From an uncultured virus (IMG/VR IMGVR_UViG_3300017963_000256) (Duplodnaviria; Heunggongvirae; Uroviricota; Caudoviricetes): a stretch of 64,000 bases of DNA. The stretch lies in IMG/VR virus record IMGVR_UViG_3300017963_000256; one strand, 5' to 3'. How positions within the stretch are numbered: the stretch's first letter is position 1; each line of letters opens with the position of its first letter. The notes under the pieces are model-generated. The model made no database searches. It was given only the letters and a program-made list of their open reading frames with translations, and was not told the origin of the DNA. The position numbers and the translations under genes were made by a program. Shown here piece after piece: positions 19,380 through 29,603 of this stretch.

Positions 19380-20894
19380 TTAAAGATTTGCCGGAAATGA
19401 TTCCTGCTTGGGGACTGATTGTTGTCCGGAATACGCACCATATTGTTTGACATGTTTCAAAACATCGTCAATAATCGCAGGATTCGCTCTGAGAATCTCA
19501 TTGATCTCCATGACTTGTTTCGTAGGCTCAACCTGTTCCGTTTGCGGATCTTGTCCCGTCTGCTGTGCTTCTTCATTTGCTACAGCAGCTTCTTCAGCAT
19601 TCTCCGGTTTCGGTTGATTGGCTTCTGCAGATTGCATGGCAATTTGTTGAGCACCCAGAATAGCGTTTTGCATGTTTGCCAATTGTTTTTGAGCCTCAGG
19701 AAGTTTCTCACGACCACGTTGTGTTTCAGTGCCTATCTGACCAATGTCGGTATACAATCCTCTTATTTCATTCATAATATCCTGAAGGATACGAACAGGC
19801 TCTCGACGCCATTGCGCCTCTTTTGACATTTGACCATCTGCGCCAGCTTCAGCCGGAAAAGGATTCCCTCCTCCTTCTGGAGCTTGAAGTTTAGTTTTGT
19901 TCAGTTTTTCCTTACCCCAATCTTTCATTTTTTGCCAAGTTCCTTTTTGCTGTTCTTGTCCTTGTTGCGGCTGTTGGCCTTGTTGCTGTTGTTTTTTGTT
20001 ATCAGTTCCTTTTCCTTGAGCGACTGGTAAATTAATCTTTGCTAGTTCACTCAGGCTTTTAACAAACTTCTGATATTGTTGAGTAATTTGTTTCACAGTT
20101 TTTGGATCAAATGCGCCTGACCTGATAGCGCCAAACCATTCATTTACGTCTTGATGAAGCCTATCAAAGCGCATTTTAATACGTTTACCTGTCGCGCTAG
20201 AAGCCCATCCTGCACCGGCTCCCCAATCTTCAATTGTTCTCTTAAGTGACCTAAGCCACTGGGCTTCTTTGGACATAGAAGCGACTTTTGTAATAACATC
20301 GCTTTCTTCAAACATGCTCTCTTTATCGAGAAGGTCACCAATCTGAACAAGTTCTTCTCTCAATTGTTCATGCATTTTATTGATGTAAGCTTCGGTCTCG
20401 TATTCTTTTGCTTCTTTGAAGAAGTTCTTTACCTCGGAAACCTTTACAGCGTCTTTACTGGCTTTTCTTTTCTCTTGAATCTTTTCAAGTTTTTCAATAA
20501 TCTCTTTACCACTGGCAACATGACCACCAACAGTTCCCGTGTTTATACCTTGAATAGCGTCACCTTGACCGGGAGTTGATGGAGAAACCTGAGCATACTT
20601 GCTCCATGAATCAGTCTCAACACTGTCAACCATGGCTTCCTGATATTCATCAAGACAATCAAAAAAGCATTCTTGAGGGCTGGCTTTGCCACTTGATTTT
20701 CTGCGTTTGGCATTATAGCAATTGATGAAACATCTTTCTTGTTTCAGCCAATATCCCTGAATGCCAACATACTGAGCTTCTTTGATTAAACCGGCAGTCT
20801 TAATGCAGGAGTCAAGCATTTCGACAGCTTTTTTGGCATTCTTTCTGTCCAACTTGTCTGCCAACTGAATCATTTGAATAAGTAAGTTATCCAT
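19380..20894 (-). CDS. Hypothetical head-associated polyprotein
   Basis: 504 aa segmented by KEAQY, KYAQV, KEAQW, KEAQW; two LA..LD helical modules. Confidence 0.65.
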   Translation of the reverse strand: MDNLLIQMIQLADKLDRKNAKKAVEMLDSCIKTAGLIKEAQYVGIQGYWLKQERCFINCYNAKRRKSSGKASPQECFFDCLDEYQEAMVDSVETDSWSKYAQVSPSTPGQGDAIQGINTGTVGGHVASGKEIIEKLEKIQEKRKASKDAVKVSEVKNFFKEAKEYETEAYINKMHEQLREELVQIGDLLDKESMFEESDVITKVASMSKEAQWLRSLKRTIEDWGAGAGWASSATGKRIKMRFDRLHQDVNEWFGAIRSGAFDPKTVKQITQQYQKFVKSLSELAKINLPVAQGKGTDNKKQQQQGQQPQQGQEQQKGTWQKMKDWGKEKLNKTKLQAPEGGGNPFPAEAGADGQMSKEAQWRREPVRILQDIMNEIRGLYTDIGQIGTETQRGREKLPEAQKQLANMQNAILGAQQIAMQSAEANQPKPENAEEAAVANEEAQQTGQDPQTEQVEPTKQVMEINEILRANPAIIDDVLKHVKQYGAYSGQQSVPKQESFPANL

Positions 20895-20908
20895 TTTTTG
20901 TCTTCCCG

Positions 20909-21394
20909 TTAAACTGCCAATTTAACATTGGTCATACCATCGATTACAAAAAGTCGATAGTCAGTTTTTTTCATATCCCATGTTAGGACTAAGTCACGAA
21001 AGTTAATTCTTTGTATATCTTCCGGTAATGCCAAACGTCCAACTGTAAAATTCCCCATCAAACTGAAATAGTCAAACGTAACCGGCATCCGGTGATTAAT
21101 GGCGTCTCTTAAAAAATCTCTAACATAAGCTGGTTGAACAACCTGTGCATCCATCGGCACAGTTTCCGGAGCTTCAGGAATAAAAACTTCCTCTTCAACA
21201 TCCGGCATCAAATCTTCAAACAGAATTGATTCTGTTGGTTCTTCATCTTGCCACAACGTCAAGTATTCCGGAGATTCAACATCCGGCCTGTCAATTTGTT
21301 GGGCAGTTATAATATTGAAATTTTTTTCTGAAATTCCTTTATGTTTTTGAGAAATTTTAAGATATTTATCTGTGAAATATAATTTTGTAGCCAT
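20909..21394 (-). CDS. WYL-domain-like protein
   Basis: C-terminal LRDAINHRMPVTFDY...R...P...LVLTWDMKKTDYRLFVIDGM fits the WYL pattern. Confidence 0.6.
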   Translation of the reverse strand: MATKLYFTDKYLKISQKHKGISEKNFNIITAQQIDRPDVESPEYLTLWQDEEPTESILFEDLMPDVEEEVFIPEAPETVPMDAQVVQPAYVRDFLRDAINHRMPVTFDYFSLMGNFTVGRLALPEDIQRINFRDLVLTWDMKKTDYRLFVIDGMTNVKLAV

Positions 21395-21396
21395 TT

Positions 21397-21741
21397 TTAT
21401 TTTTCGATAAAAATTGAGTTATTTTCTACTTTTAACTTAGTGCCAACCCCAATATCATGACGATCAAACGTACCAACAGGCACTTCTAGAGCATAAGGGC
21501 ATGCAGAATCAGAACTTACGCTCTTAGTTGACAAAGGAGCCATATTCGCAACCTTCTTGACCTGCATATTTTCATCAAGGAAGGCAATATCTAAAGGAAT
21601 ATAGGTATTTGCCATCCAGAATGATAAAACCTGCGGCTTATCAAACTTAAACAGCATACCCGTATCGTCTGGCATTGATTTCCTGAACATCAATCCCATT
21701 TCTCTGGATTGATAAGTATCTGCAATCTCGATCTTTATCAT
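21397..21741 (-). CDS. DUF192 family protein
   Basis: EIADT..SREMGLMFR...GMLF...FWMANTYIPLDIAFLD...YALEV. Confidence 0.9.
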   Translation of the reverse strand: MIKIEIADTYQSREMGLMFRKSMPDDTGMLFKFDKPQVLSFWMANTYIPLDIAFLDENMQVKKVANMAPLSTKSVSSDSACPYALEVPVGTFDRHDIGVGTKLKVENNSIFIEK

Positions 21742-24700
21742 TTTTTCACGATGTCCTTAATGGCGTCAAAATAGAGATCGGTATTATGTTTTGAACTCGT
21801 TCTTGGACGATCTTCCTCAACGGGTTCAGCACCCGGAAGAACCAAGGGTTCCAAGGCTTTTGTTCTGTCGCCAGTGGCCTTTTCCTGCGGCGTGGGAGCA
21901 GGAGCGACAAGCGGATCGTCTGGAGCCATTTCTTCTGGTTGGTCAACAATGTGTTCGATACCAACCTCTACGTCTTGAGGATCTCGCGTTCTTTGCTTAT
22001 GTTCAACATTCTTGACATCTTCTAACGTTTCAGGAATTTTCATTTCCTCAATAAGTTGAGGAGAGTCAGGAACAATGTGTGCTGGAATTTCAGGACGAAT
22101 ACCAGCCTCTACTTCTTCTTTCGGTCCAGAAACTTCTTGTGTCGCTTGAATCTGTTGAAAACGAGAAACCCTATCAGATTTCTTGGTTTTTCGAATACTG
22201 TCAACAATAGCGTTAGAAAAATCAATCCAGTGGAGACGCTGTTCTCTGTATTCTTGTCTCTGAGCCTCAGAATCTTCAACCCATCTTGTACACCATAATA
22301 CGATTTCCCTATTGCTATACGGCGCAGGCTGTTCAGCATTTGCTTCCTGATAGAAAGCCCATGAAATCGCCTGAACCATATGACGACTCTTCAATTGCTG
22401 GTCTGAAGGATCTTGATGACCAAATCCGTAAATGTCTTTAGAGGTTGGTTCATCTCCAGTGCCATCAGGTTTTTCCTCACGGCTACCACTTTTTGTGGCA
22501 ATCGTAACAGATTTGGCGGAAAGTAGTTGAAGTCCAACAATACTATTGTCGTATCCAAGATAAACAGAGTTGAACCTGTCACGAACAGCAGATTCTACTT
22601 CTGTAAAATGGTTTGTCGTAGCAACAATATAAAGATCATTCGCAGGTCCAACACTCTTGTTGAACTCTTCTTCCAGAAACTTCTTCCACATACTACGCCG
22701 CTCTTTGTAAGCCTCAGAACCAGCGCCAGAACCACCCGCAGAAGCAGGCGGGAAGATTGATTCTGCTTCATCAATAATGAATACAGTTTTGTGAGATTTG
22801 CGGATGATATCAAAGAATCTTCTTGATGCAGCTTGTGCCTGACCTAAAAGACCTTCGCCCATATAGGCGGCAACATCAAGGAACATGACTGAATATTCTT
22901 CTCCAAGTACGCCAGCAAGTGATTTGGCAAAGTCGGTTTTACCCGTACCGGCTGGACCATAGAGAAATATCAGGCGTCCCAGTTTATTGGACATCCCAGT
23001 CTTGATTTTTTTGATTAATGTTTCACGATTCCAATCAAATCCCTTGATAATCGCATCACGAGTCATATTGGAAATATATTCTGGAGTTAACGCATCATTC
23101 CCACTGGCTCCAGTTCTAGCATTGATCTCATTGAGGGTTTCTTCCAGCTTATTGTAGAATTCTTCTCCGGTCATATCTTCATGAATGGTTTCCCCAAAGA
23201 ACTTGTACGTCCCCTCTGCTACCTCTTTTGCCGTCCTTAACGCTTCCATCTTGGCATGCAGATTAGCTTCAGTTGGTGCATACTCAATATCTGAAAGAAC
23301 TTTCAAGAAGTCGTCAGAAAGCCACTGTGCCGTGTCTTCACGTTTGGCGATTTTGTCATAAAGTAATGGATTGGCAACTTTCGCCATACCTTTACAATCA
23401 AATGCGCCAGCAACTCCAGATGCCATAGCTTTTTCACGCATAAAGCCCAAAAATTCACGAACATCTAAAATTGGTTTTTGAACACTCTCCGTTACAACAA
23501 AAGTACCATCTGGCTGTTTCTTTCTTTTCGTAGGAAACTCTTTCATTCTCCACATCTTTTTATTATCACGGGAAGCCATTGCCATACTGTAAGCTTCCAT
23601 GAAGTCATATAGGGATGTAAACATGGAACAAGCATCAACAAGCTCATCAACCATACGTACTTCTCTGTCATCCCATTGTTGAACACCTATGATTTGTTCT
23701 TCGCCTTTTTTCAGACTTCTGTAATTGAGGTAAAAAGGAGGAATTGATTCAGAAAAGAACTTCTGTTTCAAGAACTCTTCTGCAACTTTTCTATTCAGGA
23801 TGTCAAGCCTGAATACATAACGAGGATCAATTTTAATATTGTATTGATCGTTATATTCACCAGTTGCGATAGGGGATTTGGTAACTAAAAGGATAGTTCT
23901 ACGTTGCCCACTAGGAAGTTTTCTTCCTTCCCCGCGCTCAATAAGATCGCCTGAAGCAATCTCTTCTTCTGCTGTCCTACTAGCATGTGTGACCCTTTCA
24001 AACTCGTTCAAGACATCGGCATAATGCTTACGAAGCATGGTTTGATCAGGTTCATCTTTGACAGGCTGAACTGCTTCAGGAGATGTGAAATCAACAGGCA
24101 TGCACTTAGAAATTCTTGTTAATCTTGCTTTTTTCCATTCTTCAGGAGTCTTAGGAAAGTAGATTTTTCCTTCATCGTCCATGGCAGCAACATCATCTAA
24201 TGTAGAGTTATCATTCAACAAACCATTAAACAAAAGATTGTTGGCGACCAACTCTGCATCGCTGACAGCTGCTTCTGCATTGCCAAAAAATAATGAAAGG
24301 AAAGGCATCAAACGCCTTCCGTAATTGATGGCTCCTTGGGCAGTCGTAGGAGCTAGAATAGAGTTGCCGTTAGAGTCAGTTCCAACCGGAACGACTTCTT
24401 TCCTCTTTAATACATACTCTTGCTCTGCAGCAGGTTCTGCAGCCGGAAGATCAAATGTCCCAGCTGTTTTCTCCATATTATCAGAAGATGCTTGGGCATT
24501 TTCTTCATCGGGTTCTATAACGCCAGAAATAGGACGCCGTATGTCTCTCGTAAAGTCTGCAAACAAGTCTGACGGTTTATTTACATCATCCCATTCTTCT
24601 ACTAATCTACTTTGGATATTCTCCAAATTCACTTCTGCAGAAGGCCAAAGCTTATTTTTTTGGAGGGCAGCTGCATGATCGTTTGTGGTTGGAATTGTCT

Positions 24701-25598
24701 TAAACCACAATGGAGAATTGCTCATTGCGATAATGTTTTCAATCGCATTTTTGTAATTCTTTAATTTTTCATCTCTCGAAATTGCTTTGTTAAAACTGTC
24801 ATATTCTGCATCAGTATCCGGCTCTACTAATTGAAAGGTTTCCGCTGTTATAATAGCAGGATAATTCTTAATCATCGTGGTGTTGGCGGCATTGCCTTCA
24901 TCCGTCTTATACTCTCTAATAGCTTTATAATGATTCCGCAAAAGATCTTCACTGAAAGCAGTTGTCATTAAACGAGAGGCAAATTCTTCAGTCAATTTAG
25001 AAGCTGATAAATCAGATCCAAAAATCAGTTGTCTTAGTTTGAAAACATCTGTTTTATCTTTGGTTTCAGCAGCATAAGCAATAGGAGATTTACAGTGATT
25101 TTCAAGAGACTTCAGAATACGAGCAGCAGGATTAGTCCACAAATAACTGACTTCTTGTTTGTCCGCGTATGGGGATCCTAATGCCATTTGTAAAAAAGCT
25201 TTAACAAAATGCATGTTTTCGGTACCAACAACCAAATTGATAAATGGAGGAGGTGTTGATTCATGAAGAGCAGTTTTGATTTGTTCAGCAACTTCTGAAT
25301 AAAACTTATGAGAAGATAGTGTTAAATCGCCTCCCAAGCTTTCTTCGAACATCATATTACGAAATACTTCAGGGATTCCATCAACGATAGATGTATTGAC
25401 ATCATTATTAGTACGACTTTTCTTGGCTTTCTGTATACCAGAAAGAACCATTTGATATTCTTTTTCACTCATTCTCCTAAGGGTTTCTGGATCCACCTGA
25501 GGCGCTTCCCCTTGAACTCTCCTCATTTCTTCAGGAGATAATTCAACAGCTTCTTTTTGGAGCTTTTTCTTTAATGTACCAGTGTCAATCTTAAACAT
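21738..25598 (-). CDS. Large AAA+ ATPase
   Basis: 1286 aa; Walker A GPAGTGKT, Walker B IIDEAE, sensor ATTN, arginine finger VRDRF. Confidence 0.85.
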   Translation of the reverse strand: MFKIDTGTLKKKLQKEAVELSPEEMRRVQGEAPQVDPETLRRMSEKEYQMVLSGIQKAKKSRTNNDVNTSIVDGIPEVFRNMMFEESLGGDLTLSSHKFYSEVAEQIKTALHESTPPPFINLVVGTENMHFVKAFLQMALGSPYADKQEVSYLWTNPAARILKSLENHCKSPIAYAAETKDKTDVFKLRQLIFGSDLSASKLTEEFASRLMTTAFSEDLLRNHYKAIREYKTDEGNAANTTMIKNYPAIITAETFQLVEPDTDAEYDSFNKAISRDEKLKNYKNAIENIIAMSNSPLWFKTIPTTNDHAAALQKNKLWPSAEVNLENIQSRLVEEWDDVNKPSDLFADFTRDIRRPISGVIEPDEENAQASSDNMEKTAGTFDLPAAEPAAEQEYVLKRKEVVPVGTDSNGNSILAPTTAQGAINYGRRLMPFLSLFFGNAEAAVSDAELVANNLLFNGLLNDNSTLDDVAAMDDEGKIYFPKTPEEWKKARLTRISKCMPVDFTSPEAVQPVKDEPDQTMLRKHYADVLNEFERVTHASRTAEEEIASGDLIERGEGRKLPSGQRRTILLVTKSPIATGEYNDQYNIKIDPRYVFRLDILNRKVAEEFLKQKFFSESIPPFYLNYRSLKKGEEQIIGVQQWDDREVRMVDELVDACSMFTSLYDFMEAYSMAMASRDNKKMWRMKEFPTKRKKQPDGTFVVTESVQKPILDVREFLGFMREKAMASGVAGAFDCKGMAKVANPLLYDKIAKREDTAQWLSDDFLKVLSDIEYAPTEANLHAKMEALRTAKEVAEGTYKFFGETIHEDMTGEEFYNKLEETLNEINARTGASGNDALTPEYISNMTRDAIIKGFDWNRETLIKKIKTGMSNKLGRLIFLYGPAGTGKTDFAKSLAGVLGEEYSVMFLDVAAYMGEGLLGQAQAASRRFFDIIRKSHKTVFIIDEAESIFPPASAGGSGAGSEAYKERRSMWKKFLEEEFNKSVGPANDLYIVATTNHFTEVESAVRDRFNSVYLGYDNSIVGLQLLSAKSVTIATKSGSREEKPDGTGDEPTSKDIYGFGHQDPSDQQLKSRHMVQAISWAFYQEANAEQPAPYSNREIVLWCTRWVEDSEAQRQEYREQRLHWIDFSNAIVDSIRKTKKSDRVSRFQQIQATQEVSGPKEEVEAGIRPEIPAHIVPDSPQLIEEMKIPETLEDVKNVEHKQRTRDPQDVEVGIEHIVDQPEEMAPDDPLVAPAPTPQEKATGDRTKALEPLVLPGAEPVEEDRPRTSSKHNTDLYFDAIKDIVKK

Positions 25599-25602
25599 CG
25601 CA

Positions 25603-25779
25603 TTACTCCTCGATGACGGAAAATTCTAAGTTTTTTGTGTACTGAATCTCTTCAAGTTCCTCTTCTTCTATTTCCACAACAACGCCGCGTTTCCCTTTAT
25701 CTAAGACGTTATATCCTTGTTTCTTAACCCAATCTAAAAACTTTGGATCCTTTTTCGGATTATGAAGAAAGATTTCCAT
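25603..25779 (-). CDS. Small hypothetical protein, 58 aa (not in ORF track)
   Basis: MEIFLHNPKKDPKFLDWVKK...SVIEE fills the gap between coupled genes. Confidence 0.55.
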   Translation of the reverse strand: MEIFLHNPKKDPKFLDWVKKQGYNVLDKGKRGVVVEIEEEELEEIQYTKNLEFSVIEE

Positions 25780-26188
25780 TTTTGTGTTGTTTCAAATTGA
25801 ATGCTTTTTTGGTCAATGATAGATTGGTGCTTCTGGTCTTTTTCGTCGCCAGAACATTAATGGCATCAACGACATCAATACCTTTCTTTTCAAAAGAAGA
25901 TTTTTCTGTCGTTAAAATGATTTTGTTCAACAACTTCTTGCCTTCAAAAGTCAACCTGATTTTCTTCCCCTGTGCCTTAAGAACTCCTTTGTTTTTCAAA
26001 GAAGATGTAACCTCAATAGAAATGTTATCAGGCACAGCCAACCATTCAGCTTTCTTTGGCGTATTGAGCCACATCCGATATAGCCCGGTCAGTTCTTTGC
26101 TCGAATAATCAAGTTCTGTTTCCATATCGTGCAGGAAAAATTGACCTTTTTTATTCGTAGAATCCTTGATTCTCATAATTGGCTGCAT
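25760..26188 (-). CDS. Hypothetical protein, possible winged-helix domain
   Basis: SLKNKGVL...IRLTFEGKKLL resembles a wHTH wing; C-terminal FNLK tag. Confidence 0.5.
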   Translation of the reverse strand: MQPIMRIKDSTNKKGQFFLHDMETELDYSSKELTGLYRMWLNTPKKAEWLAVPDNISIEVTSSLKNKGVLKAQGKKIRLTFEGKKLLNKIILTTEKSSFEKKGIDVVDAINVLATKKTRSTNLSLTKKAFNLKQHKNGNLSS

Positions 26189-26190
26189 GA

Positions 26191-26964
26191 TTACATCTCC
26201 TGAAATACTGCTGGCGAAAGCTTAATAGACTCTTGGAAGACATCAGGAAGAATCAGATTTATAAGATCATATTCTTCAAGAAGATCCAAAGTCCTTCTTG
26301 TATCTTTTGCCAACATTTTCAAAACTTCCTTTTCCGCACGTTCATTAGTTACAACGTCAAGAATGCTGTGCGAATATTTTTTCATTGCCTCTGATAGTTC
26401 GGGATCAATCTTAAATCCCAAATAAACTGCAAAACGAAGTGCTCTTAAAATAACTAAAGGATTCTTCTGACACACATAAATTGCCGGAAGAATTGTTCTT
26501 ACAACCTTGTTCTTAATATCCTTTATGCCTTTTCTCGTGATATCAAGAACCTTGCCAGTATGCAAACTCTTCAACAAAGAATTGATTGTAAAGTCTCTAC
26601 TGTACACATCTTTGGTAAGTTGATTTACATCAATTCCAAGTTTCCTCATGATCTCTGTATAACCGCTGGTGTCCATCCACTCGCCTTTGAAGTCAATGTC
26701 AACATCAGCGACTTTGAAATTCAGGGTTCCAGTTCGGTGAAGGATTTTGGGCATATCCTGTCCAAGTTCACCTGCAACCAATCCTCCCAATTCGACAGCG
26801 CGGTTTGGATATATCGATGTAAGGTCGATATCTGACTTTTGCTGCATTTTTCCATAATAGATTTCATCGCGGACTGCACCACCAACGATGTAAATACCAG
26901 ATATCCTGTATTTATTCGCCACATCTCTGATAAATTCGATAGCATCTGCAATTGCCATGGTCAA
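26191..26964 (-). CDS. CCA-adding enzyme/poly(A) polymerase family nucleotidyltransferase
   Basis: YIVGGAVRD, DIDL, SRDFTINSL and ILRALRFA motifs. Confidence 0.85.
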   Translation of the reverse strand: MTMAIADAIEFIRDVANKYRISGIYIVGGAVRDEIYYGKMQQKSDIDLTSIYPNRAVELGGLVAGELGQDMPKILHRTGTLNFKVADVDIDFKGEWMDTSGYTEIMRKLGIDVNQLTKDVYSRDFTINSLLKSLHTGKVLDITRKGIKDIKNKVVRTILPAIYVCQKNPLVILRALRFAVYLGFKIDPELSEAMKKYSHSILDVVTNERAEKEVLKMLAKDTRRTLDLLEEYDLINLILPDVFQESIKLSPAVFQEM

Positions 26965-27794
26965 TGCCTGAGTAACGCTCTCGTCGGGTAAACACCGTCA
27001 TTACGATAAAGATCATTGAATGCATAAGGCCATCTTCTGGGTTCCCAAAAAACACCAAAAACACCATATGCGCCTACAACTTGAGGGTTGTATCTCGGAA
27101 GACCTCTGATCTCATTCTCGCGACCTTGAAGTCCTTCACCTACCATATTCCAAGGAACCACTCTTTCCAGCATAGGAAGATCTAGATGAGCATAAGGACC
27201 CATGACACCACTGTCTCTTTCGGCCTGAACTACCATGTCATCCTGAGCATCCTGAACAATAAGTTTCTCCAAGAGAGTTAAAATAAGACATCTGTAATTT
27301 TCGAGATTCATTAATGCATTGTTTCCAAATATTCTCATTAAAGTTCTATAAAGATTTTGGATAATATTTGATGTTATTCTATTAGTCTTCTTGAAGTATT
27401 CGGGAATTCCTATAAGTTCACTTGCGCCTTCTCCGTAGTTTGCAACTATGTCTTCCAGCATATCGACGCATTCATTCTTATAGTATTGATTCTTTTCAGT
27501 TATTTTTTCCTCTTCATTACAATTTATGGCCTGTCTGATTAAATCAGATATATTTTCCCAACATGCCTCTTGATTCCCATGGGTTACAACCATTGAATCA
27601 TGAACTAAGTCATGAGCATCCTGAATAGAAGGGCACAGAACCATTTCCTTTTTTGAGCGATCTAAAATCTCTACACTACCGTCCCGAAGCGGAACAATAT
27701 TATTTTCCAACATTGATCCAATAAAATCATCAATGCTGATATCGGGCTTACCCGCAAAAAGATCTTTTTTTTCCGACATGCTCTGTTTCGTCAT
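26961..27794 (-). CDS. Hypothetical protein
   Basis: 277 aa, coupled to the nucleotidyltransferase gene. Confidence 0.6.
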   Translation of the reverse strand: MTKQSMSEKKDLFAGKPDISIDDFIGSMLENNIVPLRDGSVEILDRSKKEMVLCPSIQDAHDLVHDSMVVTHGNQEACWENISDLIRQAINCNEEEKITEKNQYYKNECVDMLEDIVANYGEGASELIGIPEYFKKTNRITSNIIQNLYRTLMRIFGNNALMNLENYRCLILTLLEKLIVQDAQDDMVVQAERDSGVMGPYAHLDLPMLERVVPWNMVGEGLQGRENEIRGLPRYNPQVVGAYGVFGVFWEPRRWPYAFNDLYRNDGVYPTRALLRH

Positions 27795-27936
27795 GGCATT
27801 TCACTTCACATTCTGGAAACATCTCTTTAATGTGTTCTTTGACATCGTCATCCCAATATTCTGGAATAACATACATTTTCAGATTGCGCCAATCAAACGA
27901 CACTTTCAGTTTGATTTCTTTTTCGTCAGATTCCAA
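27748..27936 (-). CDS. Small hypothetical protein (start uncertain)
   Basis: 3' part of ORF 27748..28140; TTG start overlaps the upstream stop. Confidence 0.4.
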   Translation of the reverse strand: MESDEKEIKLKVSFDWRNLKMYVIPEYWDDDVKEHIKEMFPECEVKCHDETEHVGKKRSFCG

Positions 27937-28363
27937 TTTCTTCTCTCTCTTCTGGTTCTTCGTCAACAATTTCTTCCTCAACATCAAAGGAAAGTTCCTC
28001 ACGAGGAGCCTGAACTTGAGGCGCTGGTGCTTTTCGAGTTGCGGCAGGAGCTTCAGAAATGGATCTTTCCTCAGCCTGCTTTTTCTCTTCAACTGTTTCT
28101 GCATCATCGACAGTAACTTTATCAACCACTGCGGGACCAACTAGTTCATTTTGGATCCTATCCCATTCATGATGGAACTCGTCTTCATCAATTTCAAATC
28201 CAGCTTTCTTAGACGCTGAACCGGGAGTGTCAATCGGATCAAAAAATAGTTCTTTGCCGCCTTTGGCGAAGTCCATAGTCACTTTGAATTCAACTTCAAT
28301 TTCGACTTCTTCGTATTCGTCGTCTTCCATGGCGTATTTGGGACTTAAAATAACCTGAGGCAT
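27926..28363 (-). CDS. Acidic hypothetical protein
   Basis: 145 aa with a ribosome-binding site. Confidence 0.55.
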   Translation of the reverse strand: MPQVILSPKYAMEDDEYEEVEIEVEFKVTMDFAKGGKELFFDPIDTPGSASKKAGFEIDEDEFHHEWDRIQNELVGPAVVDKVTVDDAETVEEKKQAEERSISEAPAATRKAPAPQVQAPREELSFDVEEEIVDEEPEEREEIGI

Positions 28364-28366
28364 AAT

Positions 28367-28654
28367 TCAATCTCCCTTATATACTTCTAATCTTTCTACT
28401 GGCAAAATATGAACAAAATCTGCTGTTGCAACAGATGCCCTATCTTGAATGATGTTAAGAACTTTTCCCTTAACAGTGCGACCGCCTTCTGTGAAAATGA
28501 CACGATCATGAGCACGTGCCTTTCTCTTTTTCTTACGTGATTTCTTTTTACCCAACAGGTCATCAACGTACCATGAGGGCCATAAATCTTTCCAATACTT
28601 ACGTAGGAAATCTTTTTGTTTTGCAGTAAGTGTTGCTATCTTTACAAGTCGCAT
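28367..28654 (-). CDS. Small protein: N-terminal YWK module plus SH3/KOW-like tail
   Basis: MRLVKIATLTAKQKDFLRKYWKDLWPSWYVDDLL...DRVIF...GKVLNI. Confidence 0.55.
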   Translation of the reverse strand: MRLVKIATLTAKQKDFLRKYWKDLWPSWYVDDLLGKKKSRKKKRKARAHDRVIFTEGGRTVKGKVLNIIQDRASVATADFVHILPVERLEVYKGD

Positions 28655-28655
28655 T

Positions 28656-29603
28656 TTAAATCCCGGTTCGTTCTACACGTTCGATTTCTTCCACTGGCGC
28701 TTCCTCAGGAGTTTCTTCAAAAGTCCTTTCATCAATCTGCGCCCTTCTCTTTCTTTTGACTTTCATTTTCCCTTTGAGAGTAGTGCCCTTCCCTTTCAAA
28801 ATATCTCTTTTTTGATCATCTGTCAGTCCGTGTTTTTTGCCCATGTAATAATTCATTGTGATCCCATGAATAAGAGCATCCATAGCACTGACGTTGTAAT
28901 TGGCGACATTGGCTTCTTCTTCATTATTTGTCAGACTTGATTCACCATCGTCAGCCATTCCCTTCGTTCTCTGCTTCCATTGATTCATGTCATCAATGAT
29001 TTTTGCAGCACCAAACGGAGTCACCAGCCTGCCTTCATTATCGAGCATTCCAACAAAAATCTGGGCATCAGGATGCTGTTTTCTCATCATGTCTTTTAAT
29101 TTCGCAGCCTCGCCATCTCCTCTGATCTTGAAAGCCTCTGCGACGTTTTCCGTAGTTTCGCCAGTGTTTGGGTTTTTAACGAATTTTTCACCAAAAAACA
29201 AAATCCTGTCGTTTCCGGCATCTCCGTGATCCAACCAAGTCTTTTCCTCTCCATCGTCTGCGGACTTCCCAATAACAGCACCGTTCCCCCAGAGCGTCCA
29301 TGGAATTTCAAGACCCTTGGCGTTAATGGTGACGGGACTGCCAAAGTGCATAGTTCGGGAATTATCGTTGGGACGAAGACCTCTCATTGAGATATCGGGA
29401 TCAATAAGAGCGAATTCCGGAATTACTCCCGGCACATAGTCCGGGTCGCCCGGAGTTCCATGAGGAACTTCCGGAGAATAGTACGCGCCAAATTCACTCA
29501 TATCTTCGGTATATTTCAAACCATAAATATGAGCATCCTCTCTGAGCGCTTCCTGAAGTTGCGCATTTGTATAAAGAGCGTCGATGACAGCAGCCTTACT
29601 CAT
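28656..29603 (-). CDS. Hypothetical protein
   Basis: 315-aa ORF in the operon. Confidence 0.6.
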   Translation of the reverse strand: MSKAAVIDALYTNAQLQEALREDAHIYGLKYTEDMSEFGAYYSPEVPHGTPGDPDYVPGVIPEFALIDPDISMRGLRPNDNSRTMHFGSPVTINAKGLEIPWTLWGNGAVIGKSADDGEEKTWLDHGDAGNDRILFFGEKFVKNPNTGETTENVAEAFKIRGDGEAAKLKDMMRKQHPDAQIFVGMLDNEGRLVTPFGAAKIIDDMNQWKQRTKGMADDGESSLTNNEEEANVANYNVSAMDALIHGITMNYYMGKKHGLTDDQKRDILKGKGTTLKGKMKVKRKRRAQIDERTFEETPEEAPVEEIERVERTGI

